A DNA stretch of 64,000 nt from Octopus sinensis (lineage: Eukaryota), in the NCBI RefSeq assembly GCF_006345805.1, contig NC_043001.1, positions 38,936,001 to 39,000,000 of the forward strand, written 5' to 3'. A program made the position numbers and the translations under genes. Shown here piece by piece: positions 24,650 to 37,670 of this stretch (its first letter is position 1; every line of letters starts with the position of its first letter). Under the pieces are notes generated by a model that saw only the letters and a list, made by a program, of their open reading frames with translations, made no database searches and had not been told where the DNA came from.

Positions 24650-27622
24650 TCATCATCATCATCATCATCATTTAGCATCCGCTTTCCATGCTAGCATGGG
24701 TTGGACGGTTCAACTGGGGTCTGGGAAGCCAGAAGGCTGCACCAGGCCCAGTTTGATCTGGCAATGTTTCTACGGCTGGATGCCCTTCCTAACGCCAACC
24801 ACTCCATGAGTGTAGTGGGTGCTTTTTACATGCCACCGGCACAGGTGCCAGACGAGTCTAGCAAACGGCCATGAACGGATGGTGCTTTTTATGTGCCACC
24901 GGCACGGGGGCCAGGCGAGGCTGGCAACAGCCACGAACGGATGGTGCTTTTTACGTGCCACCGGCAGAAGGCCAGTCGGGGCGGCGCTGGCAACGGCCAC
25001 GTTCGGATGGTTCTCTTACGTGCCACCGGCACTGGTAACTCAGCAGCAATTTCCATTGATCGATTTCGATTCTAATTCTGATTCTGATTCTCACTTGCCT
25101 CAACAGGTCTTCACAAGTAGAGTTTTGTGTCCCAAGAAGGGAAGGTATGCATAAGTGGGCTGGCTACATCCCATGGGTTATGGTCTCACTTGTCCTGCCG
25201 GGTCTTCTCACGCACAGCATACTTCCAGAGGTCTCGGTCTCTAGTCATTTCCTCAGTGAGACCTAAAGTTCGAAGGTCGTGCTTCACCACTTCGTCCCAG
25301 GTTTTCCTGGGCCTGCTTCTTCCACAGGTTCCCTCAACCGCTAGGGTGTGGCACTTTTTCACACAACTATCTTCATCCATTCTCACCATATGCCCATACC
25401 AGCGCAAACGTCTCTCTTGCATACCACATCTGATGCTTCTTAGGTCCAGCTTTTCTCTCAAGGTACTTACACTCTGCCGAGTATGAATACTGACATTACA
25501 CATCCATCAGAGCATACTGGCTTCATTTCTTGCGAGCTTACGCATATCCTCAGCAATCACGGCCCATGTTTCACTGCCATGTAGCATGGCTGTTCGTACA
25601 CACGCGTCATACAGTCGGCCTTTTACTCTGAGTGAGAGGCCTTTTGTCACCAGCAGAGGTAAGAGCTCTCTGAACTTTGCCCAAGCTATTCTTACTCTAG
25701 CAGTTACACTTTCAGCACACCCACTCCCGCTGCTGACTTGGTCACCTAGATAACGGAAGCTATCAACTATTTGTAGTTTTTCTCCCTGGAAAGTGACAGA
25801 AGCTGGTCTCAGAGCATTTTCAGTGTTTATTGTTCCTGAGCATCTGCTACATACAAAAACCATCTTCCTAGTTAGCCTTCCTTTGACATTGCTGCACCTC
25901 TTATGTGTCCATAGCTTACACTTGGTGCATCTTATAGAGTTTCTACCTACACCTTTTCTAGAGATCGAGCAGGGCCATCTACCTGAAGGCGTTTGTGATT
26001 TGTGTACCTTCCTACTTATTAGGACTTTGGTTTTAGCTAAATTGACTCTAAGGCCCTTCGATTCTAATCCCTTCTTCCACACCTGGAACTTCTCCTCCAG
26101 TTCTGATAGTGACTCAGCAATTAGAGCAAGGTCTTCAGCATAGAGGAGCTCCCAAGGGCATCCTGTCTTGAATTCCTCCGTTATTGCCTGGAGGACTATG
26201 ATAAATAGGAGGGGGCTGAGGACTGAGCCTTGGTGGACCCCTACCTCTACCCGGAATTCTTCACTGTACTCATTGCCAACCCTCACCTTACTAGCAGCAT
26301 CCCTGTACATGGCTCGCACAGCTCTCACTAACCATTCATCTATCCCTAGTTTCCTCATTGACCACCAGATAAGGGATCGGGGGACCCTGTCGAAGGCTTT
26401 CTCCATGTCAACAAAAGCCAGGTACAGGAGCTTATCTTTGGCTAGGTATTTCTCCTGCAGCTGCCTTACCAGGAATATAGCATCAGTGGTACTTTTCCCT
26501 GGCACGAACCCAAACTGCATCTCATCTAAACTAACTCTCTCTCTTATTAGTTGGGCTATGACCCTCTCCGTAACCTTCATCACCTGATCCAACAGCTTGA
26601 TACCTCTGTAATTATTTGTATCTAGGGTGTCACCTTTACCTTTGTAGCAGTTGATTATTATGCTGCTACACCAGTCATTGGGTATGATTCCTTCGTGTAT
26701 CACCTGATTAACTATATGGGTGACCAGGCTATAGCCAACACTACCAGATATTTTGAGCATCTCTGCAGTGGTTCCTGATGGGCCTGGGGCTTTCCCTGTC
26801 TTCATGCTTCTAATTGCCTTAACTACCAAGGAACTGTCAACTCGGATAGCTGGTCCCTCTGTTGGGTCAACATTCGGCAGACTCTCTTTCTCCCATTCAT
26901 TTTCTTTATTCAGCAACCTTTCATAGTGGCATCTCCAAACCTCTCTCTTTGCATCCTCATTTAGCGCAAGTGAACCATCTTCCATGAGAACACATTTCTC
27001 TCCTACCACATCTCAATTCTCTCTCATACACTGTCTTGCAACGCGAAACACCTCCAGTCTTTGGTCCTCATGGTGCAGAACATTGGCAAATTTTTTCTTA
27101 TCTGCTTCCCCTCTGGCTAGATAGACCTGTCTCCTAGCTTCCTTCTGGCAGTCTGATACACTTCCCTGCTACCACCATTCTTCCAGTCCTTCCAAGTCTG
27201 TCTCTTTTCTCTAATGGCCCTGTCTACAACACTGTTCCACCACGGGACGAGAGGGGACTTTGCACCAGTCACAGATCTGGTCAGTGGCTCTCAGCAGGTT
27301 GTCCCTTAGAAACGTCCAGTTGCCTTCTACCCCATGTGATACTCTATCCCCTTCTACTTCGTCAAAGGCTTCAAGTAGCATGTCCCTAAATCTCTGTCCA
27401 TTCGCAGGATCTTTAAGCTTCCAGATCCTTCTTCTCTATGTTGGTCGTCTTCTGGTTGTCCTCCTAGTCCTGATCCTAAAGTCACTAACTACCAGTCTAT
27501 GTTGTGGGGTACATTCTTCGCCTGGGAAGGTTTTGGCATTTATAAGCAGCCATCTCTCCCTTTGCCTAGCAAGGATGTAGTCAATTTGGCTGGTATGTTG
27601 ACCCGATTTGTAGGTGACTAGG
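24650..27622 (-). mobile_element. RTE-clade LINE, 5'-truncated; best preserved copy in the window
   Basis: End of the AP endonuclease (SQIDYIL, QHRLVVSD), a 500-aa ORF 25507..27009 with RT motifs (NYRGIKLL, QFGF, AFVDMEKAFDRV, GVHQGSVLSPLLF, LYAED, YLG), a C-terminal ORF 25186..25503, a 3' UTR minisatellite and a (GAT)n tail at ~24650. The catalytic YADD reads YAED. Confidence 0.95.
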
Positions 27623-27660
27623 TATATATATATATACACACACACACACGTATACACGTG

Positions 27661-27705
<45 letters not shown>

Positions 27706-27752
27706 ACACTGTTGTGATAAATAAAGCTTTATAATATGAAAAACATACAAAC

Positions 27753-27857
27753 CTCTTCTTTTGTAGAATATATAAGTAAGAAGACCCATTATTATTAATA
27801 ATAATACAATTCCGACAGTGCAACCAATAATTATTCCCATGGGGATTTCTTGCTTTT
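27753..27857 (-). CDS. Ig-superfamily receptor, transmembrane exon
   Basis: Acceptor ATCTTTTCAG, donor GTTTGT at 27752; 105 nt, phase 1-1. KKQEIPMGIIIGCTVGIVLLLIIMGLLTYIFYKRR is a hydrophobic helix followed by a basic stop-transfer (KRR), in frame with the upstream Ig exon. Confidence 0.87.
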
Positions 27858-27964
27858 CTGAAAAGATATATTAAAAAGACCATGAATTATTACATCAATA
27901 TACATAGTAAGTATAATGAAGAATTTTTCATTACTCATGTGTCTCATTTTATTGGGGTACACAA

Positions 27965-29645
27965 CTCATCATCATTATCATCATTATTGTTTAACATCCA
28001 TTTTCCATTCTGGCATGGGTGGGATGGTTTGAGTGAGGTCTGGAGAGCCAGTAGCTGTACCAGGCTCCAATCTGATCTGCCAATGTTTCTACAGCAGGAT
28101 GCTCTTCCTAATGCTAACCTCTCCGAGAGTGTAGTGGGGGCCATCAGCACAGGTGCCAGTTAGGTGGGCCTGGCATTGATCATGTTCAGATAGTACTTTT
28201 TACGTGCCACCAGCACAGGAGCCAGTCCGGGGTTTCTGGCATCGCCCACATTTGGATGGTGATTTTTACGTGCCACCAGCATAGGAGCCAGTCATGCGAT
28301 CCTGGCCATGGCAGTGATCTCACTTCAGTTGCCAGGTTTTCTCAATCACAGCATATCTCCAAAGGTCTCAGTCTCCTGTCATTGCCACTATGAGGCCCAG
28401 TGTTCAAAGGTCATGCTTCACCACCTCATCATATGTCTTCCTGAGTCTACCTCTACCACAGGTTCCTTCCACAGTTAGGGTGTGGCACTTCCTCACACAA
28501 CTGTGCACATCCTTATGTAACACATGACCATATCGGCAGTGTCGTCTCTCTTGCACACCACATTTGATGCATCTTATGTCCAACTTTTCTCTCAGGGCAC
28601 TTACACTCTGTCATGTATGCACACTAGCATTACACATCCATCGGACCATACTAGCTTAATTTCTTTCAAGCCTACACATGTCCTCTACATTCATAGCCCA
28701 TGTTTCACTGCTGTATAGCATGGCAGTTTGCACACATGCATCATACAGTCTACCTTTCATCCTGAGTGAGAGGTCCTTAGTTGCCAGCAAAAATAGGAGC
28801 TCTCTGAACTTTGCCCAGGCTATTATTATTCTAGCCATGACAATGTCAGAGCAACCACCCCACTAAAGATTTGTTTGCCTAGTTAGTGGAAGATATCAAC
28901 TACTTCTAGTATTTCATCCTTACATGTGATGGAATATGTTTTCTGTACATCTTCAGTGTTTAATGCTAATGATATTGCTGCACCTTTTATGTGTCCATTG
29001 ATTACATCGGGTACATCATATGGACTTGGCTATTAGAGCATGGTCATCAGCAAAGAGGAGCTTCCTCTGTTATTGCCTGGAGGACTATAATGAATAAGAG
29101 GGGACTGAGGACTGATCCCTGGTGAACCTATACTTCTACCTGGAATTATCCACTATACTCGTTGCCAACTCTCATCTTACTGACTGCATCCCTGTACAGG
29201 GCTTGTACAGCTCTTATCAACCACTTGTCCATCCTCAGTTTTCACATTGACCATCAGATAAGGTATCAGGGGACCTGTTAAAAGCTTTCTCCAAGTCAAC
29301 AAAAGCCAAGTAAAGAGGTTTATATTTGGCCAGATATTTCTCCTGCAGTTGCCTTACCAAAAATATAGCATCAGTGGTGCTTCTGCTTGACACAAAACCA
29401 AACTGCATCTTATCTAGGCTAACTCTCTCCATAATTAGTTGGGCTGTGACCCTCTCCGTAACTTTCATCACCTGATCCAATAATCTGAAACTACCTGATT
29501 TACGATGTGGATGACAAGACCATAACCCACACCACCTGATATTTTAAGCATCTCAGCAGTGATTACTTATGGGACAGGTGCTTCTCCTGTTTTCATATCC
29601 TTAATTGCTTTATCTACCAGGGTACTATCAATTTTTATAGTGTTT
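27965..29645 (-). mobile_element. RTE LINE, decayed with internal deletions
   Basis: ORF 29235..29480 (QFGF...AFVDLEKAFN), ORF 28656..28838 (WAKFRELL...SETW), family 3' UTR and tail. Confidence 0.88.
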
Positions 29646-29919
29646 CATTTTATTACACTTCTGTTTTCCTTTCCACCGCACATTTAATTCAACAAAAATG
29701 TCTTTCCATTATAATTCACTAAAAGCAATAGATTTCTCAGCTCACATTAGTATTGCACATCCAACAAATGGAATGAATCTAATGCCTACCAATGCTCATA
29801 TCATGTTTCCATGCATCATTCAAATCCCCACAAAAACACCATGCAATATGCCTTTTAAATAAAGCTGCAAATTTTTGAATTTTTTGTATTCAATTGCAAC
29901 CAAAGTTGTTATAAAGTCA

Positions 29920-31085
29920 CTAGAAATGGAGAAAGCTTTTGACAAGGTCCCCCGCTCCTTAATCTGGTAGCCAATGTAGAAGCTAGTGATAGATGAGTGC
30001 TTGGTGAAAGCCATACAAGCCATGTACAGGGACGCTGTCAGTAAGGTGAAAGTTGGCAATGAGAAGAGTAATGGATTTAGTGTACAGTTAGGTATTCATC
30101 AAGGATCAGTTCTTAGCTTCCTCTTCTTTATCATAGTCCTCCAGGCCATAACAGAAGAATTTAAGACTGATTGCCTTTGGGAGCTCATCTATGCTGATGA
30201 GCTTGTTCTTATAGCTGAATCTCTACTAGAATTGTAAAAGAAATTTCAGGTGTGGAGACAAGGTCTGGAATCAAAGGGCCTTAGAATTATTTAAGCAAAG
30301 ACCAAAGTCCTAGTAAGTAGGAAAGCAGACAAGTTATTAATCTCTTCAGGGAGACAGCTGTTCTTGATATGCAGAAAAGGTAGAGGTAGAAATTCCATAA
30401 ATTGTACTCAGTGTAGCACACAAGAAATACTGCAGTATCATAGGAAGTTTAACAGAAAAACTAGTCTTTGTGTGTCACAGGTAAGCAGGTACAATAAAAA
30501 CTAAGAATGTATGAAGTAGGTGGGCAGTTCTTTACAATTGTAGATAGCTTCCATTACCTTGATGACCAAGTTAACAGTGGAGGAGAATGCTCTGAAAATG
30601 TAGTTGCTAGAATAAGAATGTGCTGGGCAATGTTGCAGGTAACAAAAGGCCTCTCTCTCAGAGTGAAAGGTAGAATGGATGGTGCCTATGTATGGATAGT
30701 GTCAGTGAAACATGGGCTGTGATTGCAGAGGGTATGTGAAGGCTTGAAAGAAATGAAGCCAGCCTATTCCAGTGGATGTGCAATGTCAGTGTGCATGTAC
30801 AATAGAGTGTAAGCATTTTGAGAAAAAAATTGGGTATAAGTGGCATCAGATGTAGTGTGCAAGAGAGCAGACTGTGCTAGTACAGTCATGTGATGCATAT
30901 GGCTGAGGACAGCTGCATAAAGAAGTGCTGATCTGTAAACTTGTAAATGAGGTAAACTGAGGAAGATGTGAGATAAAGTGGTGAGAAATGATCTTCAGAT
31001 ATTGAGCCTCACAGAGGAGATGACAAGGGACCGAGACTTCTGGTGATTTGCTGTGCTTGAGAAGATATGTCAAACTAAGTAAAAT
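29920..31085 (+). mobile_element. RTE LINE RT/C-terminal fragment
   Basis: MEKAFDKVP...GIHQGSVLSFLFF...LIYADELVL (ORF 29986..30237) and IVDSFHYL (ORF 30507..30722). Confidence 0.87.
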
Positions 31086-31544
31086 TGTAGCCATCCATAC
31101 ATACAGGCATGTCCTTTATGGCCATGCCTTCCTCTCACACACACCAATGTAATCTGTCCTTTGTCAAAATTCCCCCACTGCCCATCTTCCAAATACCTCC
31201 CCTTCATTCCAACAACCATAATCCCCATAATCCACTTTCTATTCTCTTTGGACTACCACTACTCCTCACTAGATTCCGATGCAACTTCAACACCATCTAT
31301 TTCTCTCTCTCTCTCTCTTTGTCTTGCTTTGAATATCTCTATATTTCTCCTAACTTTCTCTCTCTTCTTTTTTTCCTGCTGGAGTAGCCAAGTATCTCTT
31401 CCATAGTAAGACACTTATCTCTATTCCCCTATCATATTCTAATCTCTCACTTGGCACTAAGCTACTTCCCTCAGTTCCACTTCCTCTCCCAACTGAGAGA
31501 TCTCACAAGTTATTTGGCAACCCCACTGGTGCTAGTGCCACATG

Positions 31545-31856
31545 TGAAGGTGCATGGCTTAGTGGTTAGTGTATTTGGCTCATGATCATAAAACTGTTAG
31601 TTTGACTCCAAACAGTACATTGCGTCCTTGATCAAGATGCTTCATTTCATGTTGCTCCAATCACTGAGTTGACAAAAATTAATTGTACCTGTAATTCAAA
31701 GGGCCAGCCTTGTCACATTCATTGTTACACTGAATCTCTCTGAGAACACATATCTGTGGAGTGCTTAGTCAGTTGTATGTCAATTTCATGAGCAGGCTGT
31801 TCCAATGATCCAATCAACTGGAACACTCATCATCATTACCAATGGAGTGCCAGTTG
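31545..31856 (+). mobile_element. tRNA-derived SINE with CORE-like central segment
   Basis: A-box TGGCTTAGTGG, degenerate B-box GTTTGACTCC, TGCGTCCTTGATCAAGATGCTT core; 3' part shared with the SINEs at 36124 and 56120. Confidence 0.7.
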
Positions 31857-34645
31857 ATGCCATATAAAAAAGTCATCAGTGCTGGTGTTGCATTAAAAGC
31901 ACCCAGTACACTCTGTAAGGTGGCAGGCATTAGGAAGAGCAATCAGCCATAGAAACCATGTCAGATCAGACAATGGGACCTGGTGCAGCTTTTTGCTTGC
32001 CAGCTTTTATGAAACCATCCAACCCATGCCAACATCAAAGACAGACATCAAAATGATGATGAGGCCAATTTATATCCTTGCAATAAGGATGTGTTCATTC
32101 TGTTAATGCATTAGAAATGTTTCAGACATTACTATGCATTATGATGTTTGGTTGATTCTTTTCTAATCATTCTTCTCTGTGACTGCACAGACATAACTGT
32201 AGTTATCTAATGTAGTGTTGAATAGTTCAGCATTTTAAACAGTGACAGCACAGTAAAAACAATATGTCCGTCGGGTTACACTAATGATTTCAAACCCACA
32301 CAATGATGTGGCAGTCTTTTCTGGGGAAAGTGGCGGTGCATGCTGGAACTGTGTGTACATGTAACTGCTGGCTAAGGTCCTCTAATCAGCCTCATCTAAG
32401 CATTATAATTCTTGAATTTTAACATATGATTTCAGAACTATTGTTCATAAGAAAAGTTCTTATTGCAGAATCTGTCAAAAGCTATAAATCAGGAAAAAAA
32501 TAAGGAGACTAAGGCCAATATAGCATTTGCAGTTTGTTAAACTGGATAATAAATTAAATTCCTGCTATTTCATATAGTGATATAAATTGTTTGTAACTAT
32601 CCCAGAATACTTTACAAATATGGTCTACACTAGGAGTGAGGAACTCATCACCTTATTTTAAATTTGAAATTACTCAATGAGAAAATCTATAAAGATCCAT
32701 ATGAAAAAAATTTAAATAGTAATGTAATATATATAGCATACCTATGAATTTGAAAGATTCATTAATTTTCTCAGTAAAAATGTACCTCAGAAATTCTTAT
32801 ACACCTTTCAATTTACTTTTCATACTGAACAGTTCCCCCAACTCTTCTTTAGGCCATTGGTTTTTGATTAATGAAAACCACAGATAACCATCAACTTCAA
32901 GCAATCTACATGCTTGGAACTGTCTCAGACAGGTTCTGAATTTTTCTAACTTTTTCTACTTAGTGCTGCTTTGTAATGACTTGACCTCATTCAACTTGCA
33001 ATAACTGCATTAATTCACATCTGTTTTCTATACTGGCACAGCGAACTGTTTGACAGGAGCTGGTAAGTCTGGGAGTCACATCAAGCTTTAGTGTCTGTTT
33101 TCGCATTGTTTTTACAACTGGATCTCCTTCCTAGTGCTAAGTGTACAACTGACAGATTGATTAAATATCCATGAACATTGTATAGGGAATCATATAAGTA
33201 AAATAACTTAACAGATTTAACCAATTTGGACCAGTAGAAAGGCCAAAAAGAGGTAATATTTCAGTATTTGTATGCATTCGTTCACTGTTTCCCTATTTCA
33301 GCAAAAATGCCTTACTACATTTAAAACAACTCCATTTAAACTACATAGAAAATATTTAAATAAACACACTAAAAATAGTTAATCAACTTGAAAACATCAT
33401 CACTAAAATTGAGGGAGTAGTTTCCCAATATAAGTTTTGTCATCTTCACACCCTACTCCAAAAAACCAAACTACATCTCTCCACTTCCTCACATTTCCTC
33501 TTTTAATGCACTATGCTTATCTCTTGCTCCCCAGTTCTGTCCACACTGCACTGCTCACAGTATCATTATTATCCTGTTGTCCCCTACCAACTCTATATGC
33601 CCAGGTTTTACCAGTCACTGCATACCCCTACACACCTTGCATTCACTCTCTATACATGTACCTTGGCAACACACTCCCTTTTATATTCTGACCCCATGTC
33701 TTTAGAGCATACTCTTCCACTTTGCTACCACTGATCTCCTTGTGGCTCTCCTCTACCATCCCATTTATATTCTGATCCCCATTCCTTGTAAGCATGATCT
33801 GGTGCTTTACAACCATCTCTCTCCTGCTCTCTTGCACTCTCCCTCTTTCTCCTGCTCTCTGACACTCTCCCTCTTTCTTTTGCTCTCTTTCACTCCCTTT
33901 CTCTATTCCTTAGATTGGTTAACTATGTATCGGTTCTACAGCAACACACCCATTACTGGCCTAAATCTCGATCACTCCTTCTGACTGGGTAATCATGTAT
34001 CTCCTCTACAGCAACACATCTATTTGTTTCTCTGTCATATACTAACCTTTCATCATCTGGCACAAGATCACCTCCAATGCCACATCGTCTTTCAAAGGAT
34101 CTTTTTCTTACAAGTTATTTGGTGACTCTGTTAGTGTTGGTGCCACATAAAAAGCATCCATTCCACACTGTATAGTGGTTGGCATTTGGAAGAGCATCCA
34201 ACTGTTAAAAAAAAACACGCCAAAACTGATCTCAGTTGTGCTGGTGTCACATAAGCATTCAGTCCATTCTGTGGAGTGGTTGATGTTAGGAAGGGCACCT
34301 AGTCATAAAAATCATGTCAAAACAGAAAGCATAGCATGGTGCAGTCTTCTGCTTAGTGACCTCTAGCCAAAACGTCCTACCCATGCCAACATGGAAAGCA
34401 TGTTGTTAAATGATGATGATGATAATGATGATTTCTGAAAGGAAAATTACTTGTACTTACAAATGTAATACTGAGTAGAAACAAAGCTAAACTAGACGCT
34501 CTGACATTAAAACCCAGAGCTGACTATATCACTTAAGCTGAAAGTAGAACTTTAAGTACTTTATGAATATATTAATAAATTACAAACAATTCTATATAAC
34601 ATAAAATAACATTTTAAATGATTAAAGAAGCATGTAACAACTTAC

Positions 34646-34954
34646 TTTTATATCTCAAAGTAAAAACAATAGTTTCTTTTCCTATGGAATTTTCCACTAT
34701 TAAGGTATAAGTATCAATATCATCATCTTTGATGTCTTCTATCTTTAAACTAGTACAGCTTCCTTTGAAAGGAAACTCATTTGATAAATAATCAGTTATT
34801 AAATATTTGTTTGAGTCAATTGATTCCTCATTTTTCTGCCATTTAACATCAGATTTTGGATGCGAATAAAAACACTGTTTTAAAATTACAGTTTCTCCAT
34901 TTGAAACATTTCTTTTTTTGGGACCATTTGATACTGAACTGAACATGGCTTTCA
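34646..34954 (-). CDS. Ig-superfamily receptor, membrane-proximal Ig exon (third)
   Basis: Acceptor TTTTTTTCCACCAG, donor GTAAGT at 34645; 309 nt, phase 1-1. VKAMFSSVSNGPKKRNVSNGETVILKQCFYSHPKSDVKWQKN...SLKIEDIKDDDIDTYTLIVENSIGKETIVFTLRYK has I-set signatures (GETV, P-x3-V-x-W-x-K, L-x-I-x5-D-x3-Y, N-x2-G). Lies within ORF 34614..34955. Confidence 0.9.
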
Positions 34955-36123
34955 CTGGTGGAAAAAAATAATAAAATATTAAAAGAGAAAATACACATGT
35001 ACTAGAAATTAAAGAATTTCTGAAACTAACAATAAATATTCTAAATTATCAATTGAAGATTATCATAAGTTTTTGGAAAAAATAAAATGAAATAATCCTT
35101 TCTATTATAGGCAAAAAGGCCTGGAATTTTGGGGAAGGGGCTAGTCAATTGTATCGACCCCAGTGCTTCACAGGTACTTATTTTATCAATTCCAAAAGAA
35201 TGAAAGGCAAAGCAGGCCTTGGTAGAATTTGAACTCAGACTGTGATGCACATGGCAGTATAACCAAGCACTTAGAGTACTGACTGATGCAGTGGTGGAGA
35301 GGGTAATGTGAATTAGCAATGGCAAAAGGCCACAAGTAGTGGGGCATGGGAAGATAAAGGTTGCAAGCCAGCCACTGTAAGGAAGAAGAATGATTGAAAT
35401 GGGGAGTTAGGATCTTTCCGTTGATTCTGATGGTACATATCACTTTACCATCAAGAGACTTGACCTTGTCAAATGGTGCCAAGAAAAAAAGATGGTAAAG
35501 ATGGTAGAGCTAACAGTTCCCTAGGAAGGAGACATTGAAAATGCTCTCCTAAGGAAAGAAAATATATGTTGTTTAAACTTTGTGAAAACAATGGATGAGA
35601 GGTAATATACCTTCCTGTAGAGACAAGTGTCAGAGGATTTGTTGGAATCAGGGTTCACTTGATGCTCGGGAGTTTTGGACTAGGTGCAAATGACACAAAA
35701 GATGTTACTAGAAAATTGCCGGAAGTTGTCAAGAAAGCAACTTATTATATCTTCCTCAGGAGAGAGCATGAGTGATGAAGCAAGAATTAGCAATGAAGAT
35801 GGTAGAAATAACTGATCCAGAGTTGCAACATCTGATCACCAAAGCTTGTGCTGTTGCATGCTTATGTTGTTGTTTACACCAGTAGGTGGCCCTGGACAGT
35901 TCTATTGTCACGATAGAAAGGGCTGAAACACCTACAAAGCTGCTTCACTGCCCCAAAAGAAATGAATGCCTGCATATAAGTTTTTAGCTTCTTAACTGCA
36001 ATTAAACAGACCCTAGCTAATTAGACATCCAGCAACTTTGTCAAAAATTCTTTTCCATCACTTTTTAACAAACCCAGTAACATGAACATATGTACATAGC
36101 AGCCAAACCTGTTGTATTTGCTG

Positions 36124-36510
36124 TGGAGGCGCAATGGCCCAATGGTGAGGGCAGCGGACTCGCGGTCATAGGATCGCGGTTTCGATTCATAGACCGGGCG
36201 TTGTGAGTGTTTATTGAGCGAAAACACCTTAAAAGCTCCACGAGGCTCTGGCAGGGGATGTTGGTGATCCCTGCTGTACTCTTTCACCACAACTTTCTCT
36301 CACTCTTACTTCCTGTTTCTGTTGTACCTGTATTTCAAGGGGCCGGCCTTGTCACTCTCTGTGTCATGCTGAATATCCCCAAGAACTACGTTAAGGGTGC
36401 ACGTGTCTGTGGAGTGCTCAGCCACTTACACGTTAATTTCAAGGGCAGGCTGTTCCATTAATTCAGATCAACCGGAATCCTCATCGTCGTAACCGACGGA
36501 GTGCTTCCAT
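36124..36510 (+). mobile_element. tRNA(Arg)-derived SINE (OR-like)
   Basis: A-box TGGCCCAATGG, anticodon-like GACTCGCGGTC (TCG, Arg), B-box GGTTTCGATTC; CpG-rich, so relatively young; tail shared with 31700-31856. Confidence 0.75.
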
Positions 36511-36624
36511 GTATTTGCTATCCACAGTGTATCCAGTTTAACCTTCTACACACAATAAAACATTTAATCAGTTACTTTTTTTTTTCAACTCTACTCATTA
36601 TTTAAGATGTCACTATTATAGCTT

Positions 36625-37670
36625 AGCCATGCTACATGGCAGTGAATGTGTACGAACAGCCATGCTACATGGCAGTGAAATGTGTACGAACAGCCATGCT
36701 ACATGGCAGTGAAACATGGGCCGTGACTGCTGAGGACATGCATAAGCTCGCAAAGAATGAAGCCAGCATGCTCCGAGTGATGTATAATGTCAATGTGCAT
36801 ACTTGACAGTGTTAGTCCCTTGAGAGAAAAGTTGGACCTAAAAAGCATCAGATGTGGTGTGCAAGAAAGACGACTGTGCTGGTATGGCCACGTGGTAAGA
36901 ATGGATGGGGATAGTTGTGTGAAAAAGTGCCACACCCTAGTGGTTGAGGGAACCTGTGGAAGAGGTAGACCCAGAAAGACCTGGGATGAGGTGGTGAAGC
37001 ATGACCTTCAAACATTAGGCCTCACCAAGGCAATAACTAGTGACAGGGACCTTTGGAAATAGGCTGTGCTTGAGAAGACTCGGCAAGCTCAAGTGAGACC
37101 ATAACCTTGTAATCTATGCCAGGGGTGTAACCAGCCCACTTATACATACCTTTCCTTCACTGGACACTATTCTCCACTTGCGAAGACCTGTTGAGGCAAA
37201 TGAAATTGAAATCAAATTCAATGACTGGCATCCATGCTAGTGGAGCGCTAAGAGTACCATACGAGGATGATCGTTGCCAGAACAACAAGCTAGCCTCCAT
37301 GCTGATGGCATGTAAAAAGCACCATTCGAGTTTGATCGTTACCTGCGTTGCCTTACTGGCACTTGTGCTGGTGGCACGTGAAAAAACATTTGAGCAAGGT
37401 CGTTGTCAGAGCCACTGGATTGGCTCTAGTGCATGTGGCACATAAAAAGCACCATTTGAGCGTGGCCGCTGCTAGTACTGCCAGACTGGCACATAAAAAG
37501 CACCCACTACACTCTCGGAGTGGTTGGCATTAGGAAGGGCACCCAGCTGTAGAAACTCTGCCATATCAGATTGGAGTCTAATGCAGCCATCTGGTTCACC
37601 AGACATCAGTCAAATCGTCCAACCCATGCTAGCATGGAAAGCGGACGTTAAACGATGATGATGATAATGA
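36625..37670 (+). mobile_element. RTE LINE 3' fragment with triplicated 5' junction
   Basis: ORF 36787..37062 (LREKLDLKSIRCGVQERRLCWYGHV...RGRPRKTW), UTR repeats, tail ending in (GAT)n. Confidence 0.9.

Noticed and set aside
24815-25040. Regularly spaced repeats resembling a CRISPR array
   Set aside because: The spacers are homologous to each other, the array is part of a LINE 3' UTR, there are no cas genes and the context is eukaryotic.
25507-27009. Active or domesticated reverse transcriptase
   Set aside because: The catalytic YADD is YAED, there is a premature TGA at 25507, and the copy has upstream frameshifts and a 5' truncation.
27436-27840. 134-aa ORF fusing a TM helix to an RTE endonuclease segment
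   Set aside because: It is read-through of the TM exon donor across a (GT)n repeat into an adjacent truncated LINE, not evidence of a chimeric gene without transcript data.
36124-36200. tRNA-Arg gene (likewise the heads at 31545, 56430 and 63648)
   Set aside because: The cloverleaf is imperfect and runs into SINE body sequence, so these are SINE heads rather than tRNA genes.
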